64,000 nt of DNA from an uncultured Gemmatimonadales bacterium (GTDB lineage Bacteria; Gemmatimonadota; Gemmatimonadetes; Gemmatimonadales; GWC2-71-9): positions 448,001-512,000 of the forward strand of contig CAVYSW010000010.1 of the NCBI GenBank assembly GCA_963771275.1. Reading direction: 5' to 3'. Both the position numbers and the translations under genes were made by a program. Below, piece by piece: positions 9,490-18,676 of the stretch. The notes under the pieces were generated by a model. It ran no database searches. It had not been told where the DNA came from and was given only the letters and a program-made list of their open reading frames with translations. The first letter of the stretch is position 1, and each line of letters begins with the position of its first letter.

Positions 9490-10313
9490 GCGGCGACGTG
9501 TTCTTCAAGATGTCCGGCTCGGGGAACGATTTCGTATTCCTCGACGGACGGTGGACGACGGTGGAGGGCTGGACGCCGGACCGGATTCGGCTGGTCTGTG
9601 ACCGGCGGAACGGGGTGGGCGGCGACGGTCTGGTGCTGCTGACGCCCGGCAGCGCTCCTGGGAGAGTGCGGTTCCGGTACTTCAATAGCGACGGCAGTCG
9701 CGGAGCAATGTGCGGCAACGCCGCCCTGTGCGCGACGCGACTCGCAGTCCTCCTCGAGTTGGCTCCCCCCGATGCCGTGGAGCTGGAAACGGAAGCCGGA
9801 GTCGTCCGCTCGCGATGCGTGCCGGGGGGGGAGGAGCGCGCCGAGCTGGAGCTGCCCGATGTCCGGGAAACCCGCACCCCGGCGGTTGAGCTGGTCCCGG
9901 GGGAACGGCGAATCGGGTTTGCTTTGGTCGGTGTTCCCCACCTAGTAGTCCTGGTCGATACGCTTGAGTCGGTGAACCTGACCGAACGGGGCAGGGCGCT
10001 GCGCTTCCACCCGGCCGTGGCTCCGGACGGTGCCAACGTGAACTTCGTGTCTCGGACTGACGACGGTTGGGCGATGCGGACATACGAGCGGGGGGTCGAG
10101 GCGGAGACCCTCGCCTGCGGGACCGGGGCGGTAGCGTGCACGACGCTCCTGGGGGGCTGGGGGGAGGCCGGCGTTCCGCTGGATATGAAGACGCGCTCCG
10201 GGCGCCTCCTGTCGGTTTCGGGGCGGCTCGCTGCCGGCGGCGGCCTCACGAAACCGACCCTCGCAGGAGAGGGCAGGCTTGCCTTCAAAGGCGTTTTGGG
10301 GCCCCGCTTGTAG
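9486..10313 (+). CDS. dapF: Diaminopimelate epimerase
   Basis: FFKMSGSGNDF, NSDGS..MCGNA, GANVNF and RTYERGVEAETLACGTG. Confidence 0.95.
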   Translation: MSGDVFFKMSGSGNDFVFLDGRWTTVEGWTPDRIRLVCDRRNGVGGDGLVLLTPGSAPGRVRFRYFNSDGSRGAMCGNAALCATRLAVLLELAPPDAVELETEAGVVRSRCVPGGEERAELELPDVRETRTPAVELVPGERRIGFALVGVPHLVVLVDTLESVNLTERGRALRFHPAVAPDGANVNFVSRTDDGWAMRTYERGVEAETLACGTGAVACTTLLGGWGEAGVPLDMKTRSGRLLSVSGRLAAGGGLTKPTLAGEGRLAFKGVLGPRL

Positions 10314-10562
10314 GAAGCGACGCACCTGCCATGCCGGCACATAAGGGAGCGCGACGAGTGCCGGCCGAGCTCACAGTCGCCTGACTCCGTCCTATCCTGC
10401 TCGGCGTTCTCACCCAATAGGGCCACCACTCGTCCCACCCAGCCGGCTTGCCAGTGTAAGGTCTGCCTCATCGCCATGTCGGTCAGAAGTCATACACGGG
10501 AAAGCGCTTGCAGCGTGTCAGTCGGGCAGTAGCCGGCGTTATCAACACTGTGTTGGTGATAA

Positions 10563-10590
10563 GCTTAACATAACATATCTTATACGTAGT
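10563..10590 (-). other. dif: dif-like chromosome dimer resolution site (XerC/XerD)
   Basis: The - strand reads ACTACGTATAA-GATATG-TTATGTTAAGC: 11-6-11 layout with the conserved XerD arm TTATGTTAA; intergenic at the convergence of gene orientation. Confidence 0.85.
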
Positions 10591-10605
10591 ATACGACGCA
10601 TGACA

Positions 10606-10637
10606 GAAAGCGGGACGGGAATGGCTCCCGCCCCGCT
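10606..10637 (-). terminator. Probable intrinsic terminator of the TPR gene
   Basis: - strand hairpin AGCGGGGCGGGA-GCCAT-TCCCGTCCCGCT followed by TT, downstream of the stop at 10674. Confidence 0.6.
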
Positions 10638-10673
10638 CATCGAGCCGTTTCGCGGCCCGGCCGTCCGAACCGA

Positions 10674-11351
10674 TCAGTCGCTTGCGCCAAATCGGCCGAG
10701 TTCGCCCAGCCGCAATTCTGCCTCGGTTGCGATCGGCGTGTCGGGGTGGTCACCGAGCGCCTTCTGATAGACGCTTGCGGCCGCCGCCGTGTCGCCCGCG
10801 AGCGAGTAGGCGCGACCCGCGCTCAGCAGCATCTGCCCGCTCACGAGTGCATACGGCGAGGCCTTGGCGGCCTGCTCATACGCATTACCCGCGGACTTGA
10901 AGTCCCTTGTCTGTTCGAGCGCCGATCCCAGAAGCCCGTATGCCTGAGCCTTGTAGTGTGACTGCGGGCCCTTGGCAATGAACTGCTGAAGCTCCGACAC
11001 CGCTAGTGTGGGCTGCCCTTGCAGAAGGCGAACCTGGCCGCGTAGCAGGCTCGCCTGGTTGCCGGCCGCCGTCCCGCCGTAGTTGTCGACGATCCGGGAC
11101 AGGTCGCTGGCCGCGAGCGGCAGGTTCCCAGCCTCCGCGGACGCCCTGGCCTGGTCGAGCTCTCGCTCCGCGAACGTCTCCTTCCTCGCCCGGGCCGCCA
11201 TGATGAACCAGACTCCCGCAGCGACGACCAACACCGCCGAACCCGCGATGGTGAGGTTACGACTGTTGGCCTTTGCCCAGACAACTAGACGCTCGACCCG
11301 CTCAGTCTCTGGTGGGGTCGCACCCACCGGCTTCGTTTCGTTGGCCACCAC
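10674..11351 (-). CDS. Membrane-anchored tetratricopeptide repeat protein (YfgM-like)
   Basis: Single N-terminal TM (LTIAGSAVLVVAAGVWFIM) followed by TPR-like helices (AYGLLGSALEQ, AASVYQKAL). Confidence 0.75.
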   Translation of the reverse strand: MVANETKPVGATPPETERVERLVVWAKANSRNLTIAGSAVLVVAAGVWFIMAARARKETFAERELDQARASAEAGNLPLAASDLSRIVDNYGGTAAGNQASLLRGQVRLLQGQPTLAVSELQQFIAKGPQSHYKAQAYGLLGSALEQTRDFKSAGNAYEQAAKASPYALVSGQMLLSAGRAYSLAGDTAAAASVYQKALGDHPDTPIATEAELRLGELGRFGASD

Positions 11352-11410
11352 GTACCACCTAACTAGTTGAGATTAAACTACTTATCCATGATGTTGACGA
11401 TGCCGGCGAA

Positions 11411-11483
11411 TGCCCCTGGGGTGACTCGAACACCCGGCCAACGGTTTAGGAAACCGCTGCTCTGTCCACTGAGCTACAGGGGC
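11411..11483 (-). tRNA. tRNA-Arg(CCT), CCA not encoded
   Basis: GCCCCTGTAGCTCAGTGGACAGAGCAGCGGTTTCCTAAACCGTTGGCCGGGTGTTCGAGTCACCCCAGGGGCA folds as a cloverleaf with anticodon CCT. Confidence 0.95.
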
Positions 11484-11666
11484 GCACGAACCGCAGCCCA
11501 CCTCGAGCCCCGATGGTCGCAAGTGCGAATGGTAGAGGCCCCGCCGACCTGTCCTGCCCCACCTCGCCAACGTAACCACGAACGACGCCGCCCTACTGCT
11601 TGCACGCTTCTGCCTTGACCTCGAACACGTCTCAACTGTCAACCGGGTTTCAGCACAGCGTGCTAA

Positions 11667-11960
11667 CTACTTAATTTGGAAGCTGTTGTACTCAACATCT
11701 TCATGTGGAATATCCAGCTTCTCAACAGTGTCAACACGGGCGAACCTCGGCCCAATCTGGAGCTGGCGGTCGAGCTGCTCAAGAGCGACCCCCAAGCCTC
11801 GGGCCACTACCTCGACCCGCCCGTCTGGCAGGTTCCTGGTCCACCCCACCAAGCCCAGCGGCTCTGCGTGACGGAGCACGAACCAGCGGAACCCAACCCC
11901 CTGCACCCGCCCAGAGACGAGCCATCGGGTGGCGGCTACATCACCGGGATGAGCCACCAC
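11667..11960 (-). CDS. acyP: Acylphosphatase
   Basis: [13 protein letters not shown] and [13 protein letters not shown]; start codon uncertain. Confidence 0.92.
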   Translation of the reverse strand: MVAHPGDVAATRWLVSGRVQGVGFRWFVLRHAEPLGLVGWTRNLPDGRVEVVARGLGVALEQLDRQLQIGPRFARVDTVEKLDIPHEDVEYNSFQIK

Positions 11961-12606
11961 GCAACCGTCGTCCGCGCTGGAAGAGGACATAGGCGACTAC
12001 CACAGCCAGGACGAACGGGGCCAGAACCAGAAGCGCCCGGCGAACGTAGGCGTGTACCTCCGCCGTTGGCAACTGCCCCAACGCCGCCGCTCGGAGACCG
12101 ATGTACCAGCCCACCCAGGTGAGGATCGCGCACCAGATTCCGGCCCCAAGAGCGGTGTACACCGCGAACCGTCCGAGCTCCATGCGCGCGAGGCCCGCCG
12201 GAAGGGAAATGTACTGCCGGATCACGGGAATCAGCCTCCCGACGAAGGTGCTGATCTCGCCGTGCCGCCGGAAGAACGCCTCGGCCCGATCGAGCGTCGC
12301 CTCCTTGATGAGCAGGTACCTGCCGTATCGGTGCAGCAGCGGTCGCCCCAGCCGGACCGCCACGGCGTAGTTGAACAGCGCGCCAGCCACGCTTCCCGCG
12401 ATCCCGGCGGCGAGGGCGAACCATGCGTTCATTCTTCCCTGAGCCGCGAGGTATCCCGCGGGCGGCAGCACCACCTCGCTGGGGAACGGGAAGAAGGACG
12501 ATTCAAGCGCCATGAGCACGGCAATGCCGGGATATCCCAAGGCGAAGATGGTATCGGTGATCCAGGTGACGGCCAGCCTGAACCACTCTGCGATGGTCTC
12601 GGTCAT
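11941..12606 (-). CDS. DedA family membrane protein
   Basis: [22 protein letters not shown] and [16 protein letters not shown]. Confidence 0.92.
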   Translation of the reverse strand: MTETIAEWFRLAVTWITDTIFALGYPGIAVLMALESSFFPFPSEVVLPPAGYLAAQGRMNAWFALAAGIAGSVAGALFNYAVAVRLGRPLLHRYGRYLLIKEATLDRAEAFFRRHGEISTFVGRLIPVIRQYISLPAGLARMELGRFAVYTALGAGIWCAILTWVGWYIGLRAAALGQLPTAEVHAYVRRALLVLAPFVLAVVVAYVLFQRGRRLRGGSSR

Positions 12607-13280
12607 TGCTCGGTGGGGTCGCCGTCGGGGTAGCCGTGGCGCCCGATCAGTGGCACGAACTGGGCGCTGCCCAACTGCTCCTGTTCGAATGTGTCGCCGC
12701 GTCGCACCACGCGCACGAGTACCTGCCCGTGCGCCCGCGCTACCGGGGCTACGAGCCGTCCACCCTCGCCCAGTTGCTCGAGCAACGCCCCCGGAATCCG
12801 CGGGCCGGCAGCGGCCACCAGGACGGCGTCGTACGGCGCGTTTCCCCGCCAGCCGAGCGTGCCATCCCCAGTCACGACGAGCACGTTGGCGACGCCGGCG
12901 GCCCGGAGCGAGGCGCGGGCGGCGGCGGCGAGTGCGGGAATCCGCTCGACGCTCACCACGTGATCGGCGAGCAACGAGAGCAGGGCGGTCTGGTAACCGG
13001 ACCCCGTCCCGATCTCGAGCACTCGTTCCGTCCCCTTGAAGGCGAGCGCTTCGAGATAGAACGCCTGGGTCGACGGCTGGGAGATGGTCTGGCCACTCCC
13101 GATCGGAAGCGAGGTATCCTCGTACGCCTGGCGCTCGAGTGCCGCCGGGACGAACAGATGCCGTGGGATCTCGCCGAAGGCCCGCAGGACCGCGAGGTCG
13201 CGGACTCCCTTTGCGCGCAGGTCCTCCACGAGCCGTGCCCGGTAGCCGCCGTAGCTGTCGCCTACTCGCCGAGTCGCCAT
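12603..13280 (-). CDS. pcm: Protein-L-isoaspartate O-methyltransferase
   Basis: [39 protein letters not shown] and FVPLIG. Confidence 0.95.
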   Translation of the reverse strand: MATRRVGDSYGGYRARLVEDLRAKGVRDLAVLRAFGEIPRHLFVPAALERQAYEDTSLPIGSGQTISQPSTQAFYLEALAFKGTERVLEIGTGSGYQTALLSLLADHVVSVERIPALAAAARASLRAAGVANVLVVTGDGTLGWRGNAPYDAVLVAAAGPRIPGALLEQLGEGGRLVAPVARAHGQVLVRVVRRGDTFEQEQLGSAQFVPLIGRHGYPDGDPTEQ

Positions 13281-14011
13281 GCTCCCACCGCCTCGAGCAG
13301 CGCGTAGTTGGTGAGATCGAGGTGCAACGGGGTGACCGATATGAACCCTTCCCGCACGGCACGGAAGTCGGAATCCTCTCTGCCCGACCAGGAGATGTGG
13401 CCCCCACCGACCCAGTAGACCGGCCGCCCCCAGGGATCCTCACCCCGGAGAATCGATCCTTCGAACGCGCGACTCCCGAGTGTCGTCACCCGGATCCCAC
13501 GAATCTCCTCACCCGGAATCGGCGGGAGGTTCACATTGAGCAGCGTTGCATCCGGAAAGCCGTGGACTTCCACGATGTCACGCACCAGCCGTTCGAGCCA
13601 CCCTCGGTGCGTATCCAGCAGCTCGATCTCCTGGCCGGCGAACGAAACGGCGACCCCCGGGATTCCCGCGGAGAGTCCCTCCATCGCGGCGGCCACCGTC
13701 CCCGAATACAGGACGTCCTCACCCATGTTCGGGCCGTGATTGATGCCCGAGAACAGGAAATCGGGTTTTTCCTCGAGCAACGCGCCCAGCGCCAGCAGCA
13801 CGCAGTCGGTCGGTGTACCGTCCACCTGGTAGGCGTCGGCACCGCGCCGGACGGGTCGCAGCGGCCGTTGCAGGGTGAGCGAGTGGCTGGCGCCACTCTG
13901 TTCCCGGTCCGGAGCCACGACGGTCACGTGGCCGACCGCGCGACACACGTCGGCGAGCAACCCGATGCCGTGCGCCAGGATGCCGTCGTCGTTACTGACC
14001 AGGATGTGCAA
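13262..14011 (-). CDS. surE: 5'/3'-nucleotidase SurE
   Basis: [29 protein letters not shown] and [22 protein letters not shown]. Confidence 0.96.
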   Translation of the reverse strand: MHILVSNDDGILAHGIGLLADVCRAVGHVTVVAPDREQSGASHSLTLQRPLRPVRRGADAYQVDGTPTDCVLLALGALLEEKPDFLFSGINHGPNMGEDVLYSGTVAAAMEGLSAGIPGVAVSFAGQEIELLDTHRGWLERLVRDIVEVHGFPDATLLNVNLPPIPGEEIRGIRVTTLGSRAFEGSILRGEDPWGRPVYWVGGGHISWSGREDSDFRAVREGFISVTPLHLDLTNYALLEAVGAWRLGE

Positions 14012-14375
14012 GGAGCTTCTTGCCGTCGAGGAGATCCAGGATCTGGCGCAGCTCGGTGCGCAGGTTCTGAACCGTCTCGTGCTGCAGGGCGAGCCGCGCC
14101 TCGGATTTCAGGACGCCGGTCCGTCGGTAGTGATCGATCCGCTGGCGCGCACCCTCGATCGTGTATTTCTCGGTGTACAGGAGGTGCTTCACCAGCATGA
14201 TCAGCTCGATCTCGCGCCGCTGATACACGCGGTTCCCCGAGCGGTTCTTGGCTGGGTTGAGGAACCGGAACTGGCTTTCCCAGTACCGCAGCACGTGCGG
14301 TTTGAGGTCCGTCAGCTGACAGACATCGCCGATGGCGAAGAACTCTTGCACCGGTCGGGAGGCGGTCACCGCCAT
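13992..14375 (-). CDS. MerR-family transcriptional regulator
   Basis: FAIGDVCQLTDLKPHVLRYWESQF...KNRSGNRVY...LLYTEKYTIEGA. Confidence 0.9.
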   Translation of the reverse strand: MAVTASRPVQEFFAIGDVCQLTDLKPHVLRYWESQFRFLNPAKNRSGNRVYQRREIELIMLVKHLLYTEKYTIEGARQRIDHYRRTGVLKSEARLALQHETVQNLRTELRQILDLLDGKKLLAHPGQ

Positions 14376-15364
14376 TGCTCCGCTTTGAGCGTGCGCTCCA
14401 TCAGGTCCGCGATCGCCTGCCGCGGAGCCTTGCCCTCGAACAGCACGCGCTCGACCTCGCGCGTGATCGGCAGCTCGACGCCGGTCTGATCGGCCAGCGC
14501 CACCGCCGCGCGGGCCGTGTTCACGCCTTCGGCCACCGTGCGCCGCTCCGCCAGCAGCTCCGCCAGCCCCCGGCCCTTCCCCAGCTCGATCCCGAGCGCG
14601 CGATTGCGGCTCAAGGTCCCGGTCGTCGTGAGCAGCAGGTCGCCCATGCCGGCCAGGCCCGCGAACGTCAGCGGATCGGCGCCCAGCGCGACACCGAGCC
14701 GGGCAATCTCGGCGAGTCCCCGCGTGATCAGGGCTGCCTGGGTGTTGAATCCCAGGCCGGCGCCGACGAGGATCCCTGACGCCAGGGCGATCACGTTCTT
14801 GAGCGCTCCGCCCAGCTGCACCCCGATCATGTCGTGCGACCAATACACCCGGAAGTAGCGGGTGGCGAATGCCGCCTGCACCCGCTGTGCCACCTCGGCG
14901 TCCCCGGCCGCCGTGACGACGGCCGTCGGCAGCTGGGCGTAGACCTCGCGCGCGAAGCTCGGCCCCGACAGCACCGCGATCGGGCAGTCGGGCAGCGCCG
15001 CGGCGAGCGCGTCGCTTAGCATGCGGTGCGTCTCGGGCTCCAGCCCCTTGGACACGCTCACCACGAGCGGCCGTCGTCCCGGAATCGCGGCGGCGACGGC
15101 CTGAGCCGTCGTGCGCACGGCGTGCGACGGCGTGGCCGACACGATCATCTCGGCCTCACCGACCGCGTCGGGGATCGTGTCGCGTGCCGTGACCCCATCA
15201 TGGAGCGGCGCGTCCGCGAGAAACATGTCGTTCACGTGCCGCGCGTTGACGGAGGCCACGACCTCGGGCTCGCGCGCCCAGAGCGCCACCCGGTGCCCGT
15301 TCCGGGCGAGCAGGTCGGCCAGGGTCGTTCCCCAGCTCCCCGCCCCGATGACTGCGACCTTCAC
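14366..15364 (-). CDS. gpsA: NAD(P)H-dependent glycerol-3-phosphate dehydrogenase
   Basis: VIGAGSWGT, LSGPSFA, GGALKNVIA, GLAGMGDL and SRNR. Confidence 0.96.
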   Translation of the reverse strand: MKVAVIGAGSWGTTLADLLARNGHRVALWAREPEVVASVNARHVNDMFLADAPLHDGVTARDTIPDAVGEAEMIVSATPSHAVRTTAQAVAAAIPGRRPLVVSVSKGLEPETHRMLSDALAAALPDCPIAVLSGPSFAREVYAQLPTAVVTAAGDAEVAQRVQAAFATRYFRVYWSHDMIGVQLGGALKNVIALASGILVGAGLGFNTQAALITRGLAEIARLGVALGADPLTFAGLAGMGDLLLTTTGTLSRNRALGIELGKGRGLAELLAERRTVAEGVNTARAAVALADQTGVELPITREVERVLFEGKAPRQAIADLMERTLKAEQWR

Positions 15365-15969
15365 GTCGCGCTCCGATGCCGCTTGCCGAAGCGGTTCTCG
15401 GTGCCGGCCAGCAGGCGTCCAATGTTGGCACGGTGCGTGAACACGATGAAGGCCGCGATCAGCCCACCGACCGGCACCACGTACGGATTGGGGGTGCCGA
15501 GGGCCCAGGCGGCGACCGGGAACGCCACGGCCCCGGTGATCGAGGCCAGCGACATGTAGCCCGTGCTTCGCAGCAAGGCGGCCCAGGCCACTGCGGCGAC
15601 GAGCAGTGGAACCGGTGCCAATGCCAGTACGACACCCGCAGAGGTCGCCACGCCCTTCCCGCCGCGGAACCGCACGAACACCGAGAACACGTGGCCGAGG
15701 ATGGCAGCCGTCCCGACGGCGAGCGGGATCCAGTCGCCGGATCCGACGCGCGGCGGGAGCAGCAGGGTTGGCGCAGTCCCCTTCGCGATATCGAACGCGC
15801 CCACCGGGATCGCATAGCGCCACCCGAGCACGCGGTAGAGGTTGGTCGCCCCTAGGTTCCTGCTGCCGCGCTCCCGCAGGTCGATGCCGGCGCCAAGCTT
15901 GGCCGCGATCCAGCTGGTGGGTATCGCGCCGAGCAAGTAGGCGCCAAGCAACGCGGCGACCAGCGTCAC
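15361..15969 (-). CDS. plsY: Glycerol-3-phosphate acyltransferase PlsY
   Basis: YLLGAIP, GSRNLGATN, GHVFSVF..FRGGKGVAT and HRANIGRL. Confidence 0.95.
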   Translation of the reverse strand: MTLVAALLGAYLLGAIPTSWIAAKLGAGIDLRERGSRNLGATNLYRVLGWRYAIPVGAFDIAKGTAPTLLLPPRVGSGDWIPLAVGTAAILGHVFSVFVRFRGGKGVATSAGVVLALAPVPLLVAAVAWAALLRSTGYMSLASITGAVAFPVAAWALGTPNPYVVPVGGLIAAFIVFTHRANIGRLLAGTENRFGKRHRSAT

Positions 15970-17294
15970 CGCCGACCCCGCTTCTTCCGGAGCTTCAGGC
16001 GCAATGGCACGCCCTCGAAGCCCCAGGCCGCGCGGAAGCCGTTGAGCAGATAGCGCTGGTAGGCCTCGGCAATGGCGTCGGGGGCGTTGGCGAAGACCGC
16101 GAACGTCGGGGGCTCGACGCTGACCTGCGTGCCATAGAGGATCTTCACCTCCTGCCCCGCCCGCTGCGGCGGCTGTTGTCGCTGCTGCAGTGCTTCGAGC
16201 ACCCGGTTCACTTCCCCCGTGGTGACGCGGCGGCGGCGGGCGGCCGCCACGTCCGCGATCGCGTCCAGGATGCGGCGCACCCGTTGGCCGGACAATGCGG
16301 ACACGTACAGGAACGGCACGTCACCCATGAACGGCACCCGGTCCGCCACCGTTTGCCTGCCGCGCTCCGCCGTGTTGGCGTCCTTCTCCGGGACGAGGTC
16401 CCACTTGTTGACGGCGACGATCAGGCCCGCGCCCCGATTCCAAACTTCGGCCGCGACTTTGAGATCCTGCCCGTGAACCCCATCGGCGGCGTCGACGACC
16501 AGCACACACACATCGGCGTGCTCGACGGCACGCTCCGTTCGCAACGTGGAGTAGAACTCGACTTCATCTATTACTTTCGTTCGTTTTCGTAACCCCGCTG
16601 TATCAATGAAGTTGAGCGTCATGCCATGATACCGCAAGGGGGAGTCGACCGCGTCCCTGGTCGTGCCAGCCTCCGCCGCGACCACGCTCCGTTCCTCACC
16701 AAGCAACCGGTTGACCAGGCTGGACTTGCCCACGTTCGGACGTCCCACCACCGCCACCTGGATCACGGTGGAATCGGCATCCGGGGTCACCGGAGGGGGG
16801 AGCCGGTCCGCGAGCTCGTCCAGGAAGTCGCCCGTTCCCTTCCCCGTGGCTGCCGACACCGGGTGTGGCTCACCCAGTCCCAGCTCGTGAAACGCGAGAT
16901 GGGAGACGCGATCGGTGGCCGGGTCGTCGACCTTGTTGGCGGCAACGACGACGCGGTCGCGGTGTGGCCGGAGGAGAGCGGCGATCTCGAGGTCGGCGGG
17001 GTGCACCCCGTCCCGCGCATCTACCACGAAGACGATCACGTCCGCCTCCGCGACCGCGATGCCGACCTGGTGCCGTACAGCGGCGGCGAGCGGGTCCGCG
17101 TCCCCTGGCAGCCAGCCTCCCGTGTCGACCAGCCAGAAATCCCGGCCGGCCCATGCGGCGGGTGCGAAATGCCGGTCCCGGGTGATCCCGGGCCGATTGT
17201 GCACGATCGCGCGCTTGCCGCCGGCGATCCGGTTGAACAGCGTGGATTTCCCGACGTTGGGTCGGCCCACGATGGCGACGGTGGAGCGTCTCAT
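15966..17294 (-). CDS. der: Ribosome biogenesis GTPase Der (EngA)
   Basis: Two GRPNVGKS P-loops, DTGG/DTAG, NKVD/NKWD and a C-terminal KH-like domain. Confidence 0.97.
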   Translation of the reverse strand: MRRSTVAIVGRPNVGKSTLFNRIAGGKRAIVHNRPGITRDRHFAPAAWAGRDFWLVDTGGWLPGDADPLAAAVRHQVGIAVAEADVIVFVVDARDGVHPADLEIAALLRPHRDRVVVAANKVDDPATDRVSHLAFHELGLGEPHPVSAATGKGTGDFLDELADRLPPPVTPDADSTVIQVAVVGRPNVGKSSLVNRLLGEERSVVAAEAGTTRDAVDSPLRYHGMTLNFIDTAGLRKRTKVIDEVEFYSTLRTERAVEHADVCVLVVDAADGVHGQDLKVAAEVWNRGAGLIVAVNKWDLVPEKDANTAERGRQTVADRVPFMGDVPFLYVSALSGQRVRRILDAIADVAAARRRRVTTGEVNRVLEALQQRQQPPQRAGQEVKILYGTQVSVEPPTFAVFANAPDAIAEAYQRYLLNGFRAAWGFEGVPLRLKLRKKRGRR

Positions 17295-18562
17295 GGTGCG
17301 GCCAGGAGCGCGTCGCCGAAGTCGTGGGAGAACCGGACCTCGGCGGTGGTCGAGCGGATGAGCGTCTCCGCGGGGTAGTCGTCGATCAGCAGGCCGTCGT
17401 CGTTAACGGCTTCGGCGGGGAGCAGCGCGAGATCGAGATCGCGGTGCTGGCCGAGCGCGCGCGCGAAAGTCCGCCCGGGCAGGAGCCCCGCCGTGGTGAC
17501 GGAGGGGCCGAACAGGTCGTTCTCTAGGGCGACCACGACGAACCGTCCACCGGTTCGGCGCGCCAGATCGGCGGTCACGTGCGGCATCAAGCGACTCATG
17601 GCGGTGCCGGTGAAGATGCCGATGTGCCGGTCCGTGAGGTCCGGCAGGCGCTGGCCGTACTCGGCGAGGCGGCGCTGGAGGTACCGCACGCTGCCCACGC
17701 CGTTCTCCACCTGCTCGAAACCGCCGTACCACTCTTCCGGAGGAAGATCGATCTCCGCGACGAGATAGAGGTCGTCCGATCCGTGAACCCAGCGGTGGCC
17801 CCGCTCGGCGATGGCGCGCTCCGCGTATGGCTGGACGATGGCGGCCGCCGCCCGGCACTCGTCACGCGACGGTTCCCGGACCAGATCGTGCTTGCTGAAG
17901 GTCGTGAGCCCCACGGGCACGACCGAAACGGAGAGCACAGCATCGCCCAGCGCCCAGAGATCCTCGAGGCTCTGTCTCAGGACCGGCCCGTCGTTGATTC
18001 CCGGCTGGAGGACGATCTGCGTGTGCACCCGGATTCCGCCTGCCGCGAACATGCGGAGCTGCGGGATGATCTCGGGAGCGCGCGGGTTCCGCAGGTAGCG
18101 TCGTCGCACGACGGAGTCCGACGCATGGACGGAGACGTACAACGGCGACAACCGGTACTCGAGAATCCGCCGGACGTCCTTGGCCTTCAGGTTGGTGAGG
18201 GTTGCGAAGTTGCCGTAGCGGAACGAGAGACGGTAGTCGTCATCGCGGATGTACAGCGTGTCGCGCAGGCCGGGAGGCAGCCCATCGACGAAGCAGAAAT
18301 CGCAGCGATTGGCGCAACGGCGCACGTGTGGCGGCTCGAGCTCGAGTCCCATCGGCAGGCCGTCGGGGCGCTCGATGTCATACTCCACAGTCTCGCCACT
18401 CGGCAGGCGGGCCAGCAGCACGAATCGGTCTTCGGCACTGAGGAACTCCCAATCGAGGAAGTCCTCGAGCGTCCGGCCGCCGATTGCCAACAGCTCCGCC
18501 CCGGGCTGGAGGCCCAGCTCCGCCGCGAGGCTATCGGGTGCAACCGATTTCACGCGAACCAT
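17291..18562 (-). CDS. DUF512 / putative radical SAM Fe-S protein with N-terminal PDZ-like domain
   Basis: CANRCDFC (CxxxCxxC), LYIRDDDYRLSF.YGNF.TLTN, SVVPVGLT and QVENGVG. Confidence 0.88.
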   Translation of the reverse strand: MVRVKSVAPDSLAAELGLQPGAELLAIGGRTLEDFLDWEFLSAEDRFVLLARLPSGETVEYDIERPDGLPMGLELEPPHVRRCANRCDFCFVDGLPPGLRDTLYIRDDDYRLSFRYGNFATLTNLKAKDVRRILEYRLSPLYVSVHASDSVVRRRYLRNPRAPEIIPQLRMFAAGGIRVHTQIVLQPGINDGPVLRQSLEDLWALGDAVLSVSVVPVGLTTFSKHDLVREPSRDECRAAAAIVQPYAERAIAERGHRWVHGSDDLYLVAEIDLPPEEWYGGFEQVENGVGSVRYLQRRLAEYGQRLPDLTDRHIGIFTGTAMSRLMPHVTADLARRTGGRFVVVALENDLFGPSVTTAGLLPGRTFARALGQHRDLDLALLPAEAVNDDGLLIDDYPAETLIRSTTAEVRFSHDFGDALLAAP

Positions 18563-18595
18563 GACGACGAGCGGTGGTCGAGGATGTCGGGGAGC

Positions 18596-18624
18596 AAAAG
18601 GAGGGAGGGGTCTGCCCCTCCCTC
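18596..18624 (-). terminator. Intrinsic terminator
   Basis: Perfect 10-bp stem GAGGGAGGGG/CCCCTCCCTC with a 4-nt loop, followed by CTTTT on the - strand. Confidence 0.75.
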
Positions 18625-18676
18625 TCTCATGTGCGCGGCGAAAGGTACAGCCGACGCGGAGCCGCCGCCACGGGAC

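Noticed and set aside
10314..10538. Small gene or ncRNA between dapF and dif
   Set aside because: No convincing ORF, RBS or recognisable RNA family; only short overlapping frames without motifs
10539..10600. AT-rich patch with a DnaA-box-like 9-mer as oriC
   Set aside because: Only one near-consensus box, flanking genes converge rather than diverge, no dnaA/dnaN nearby, and the dif match explains the AT-rich patch
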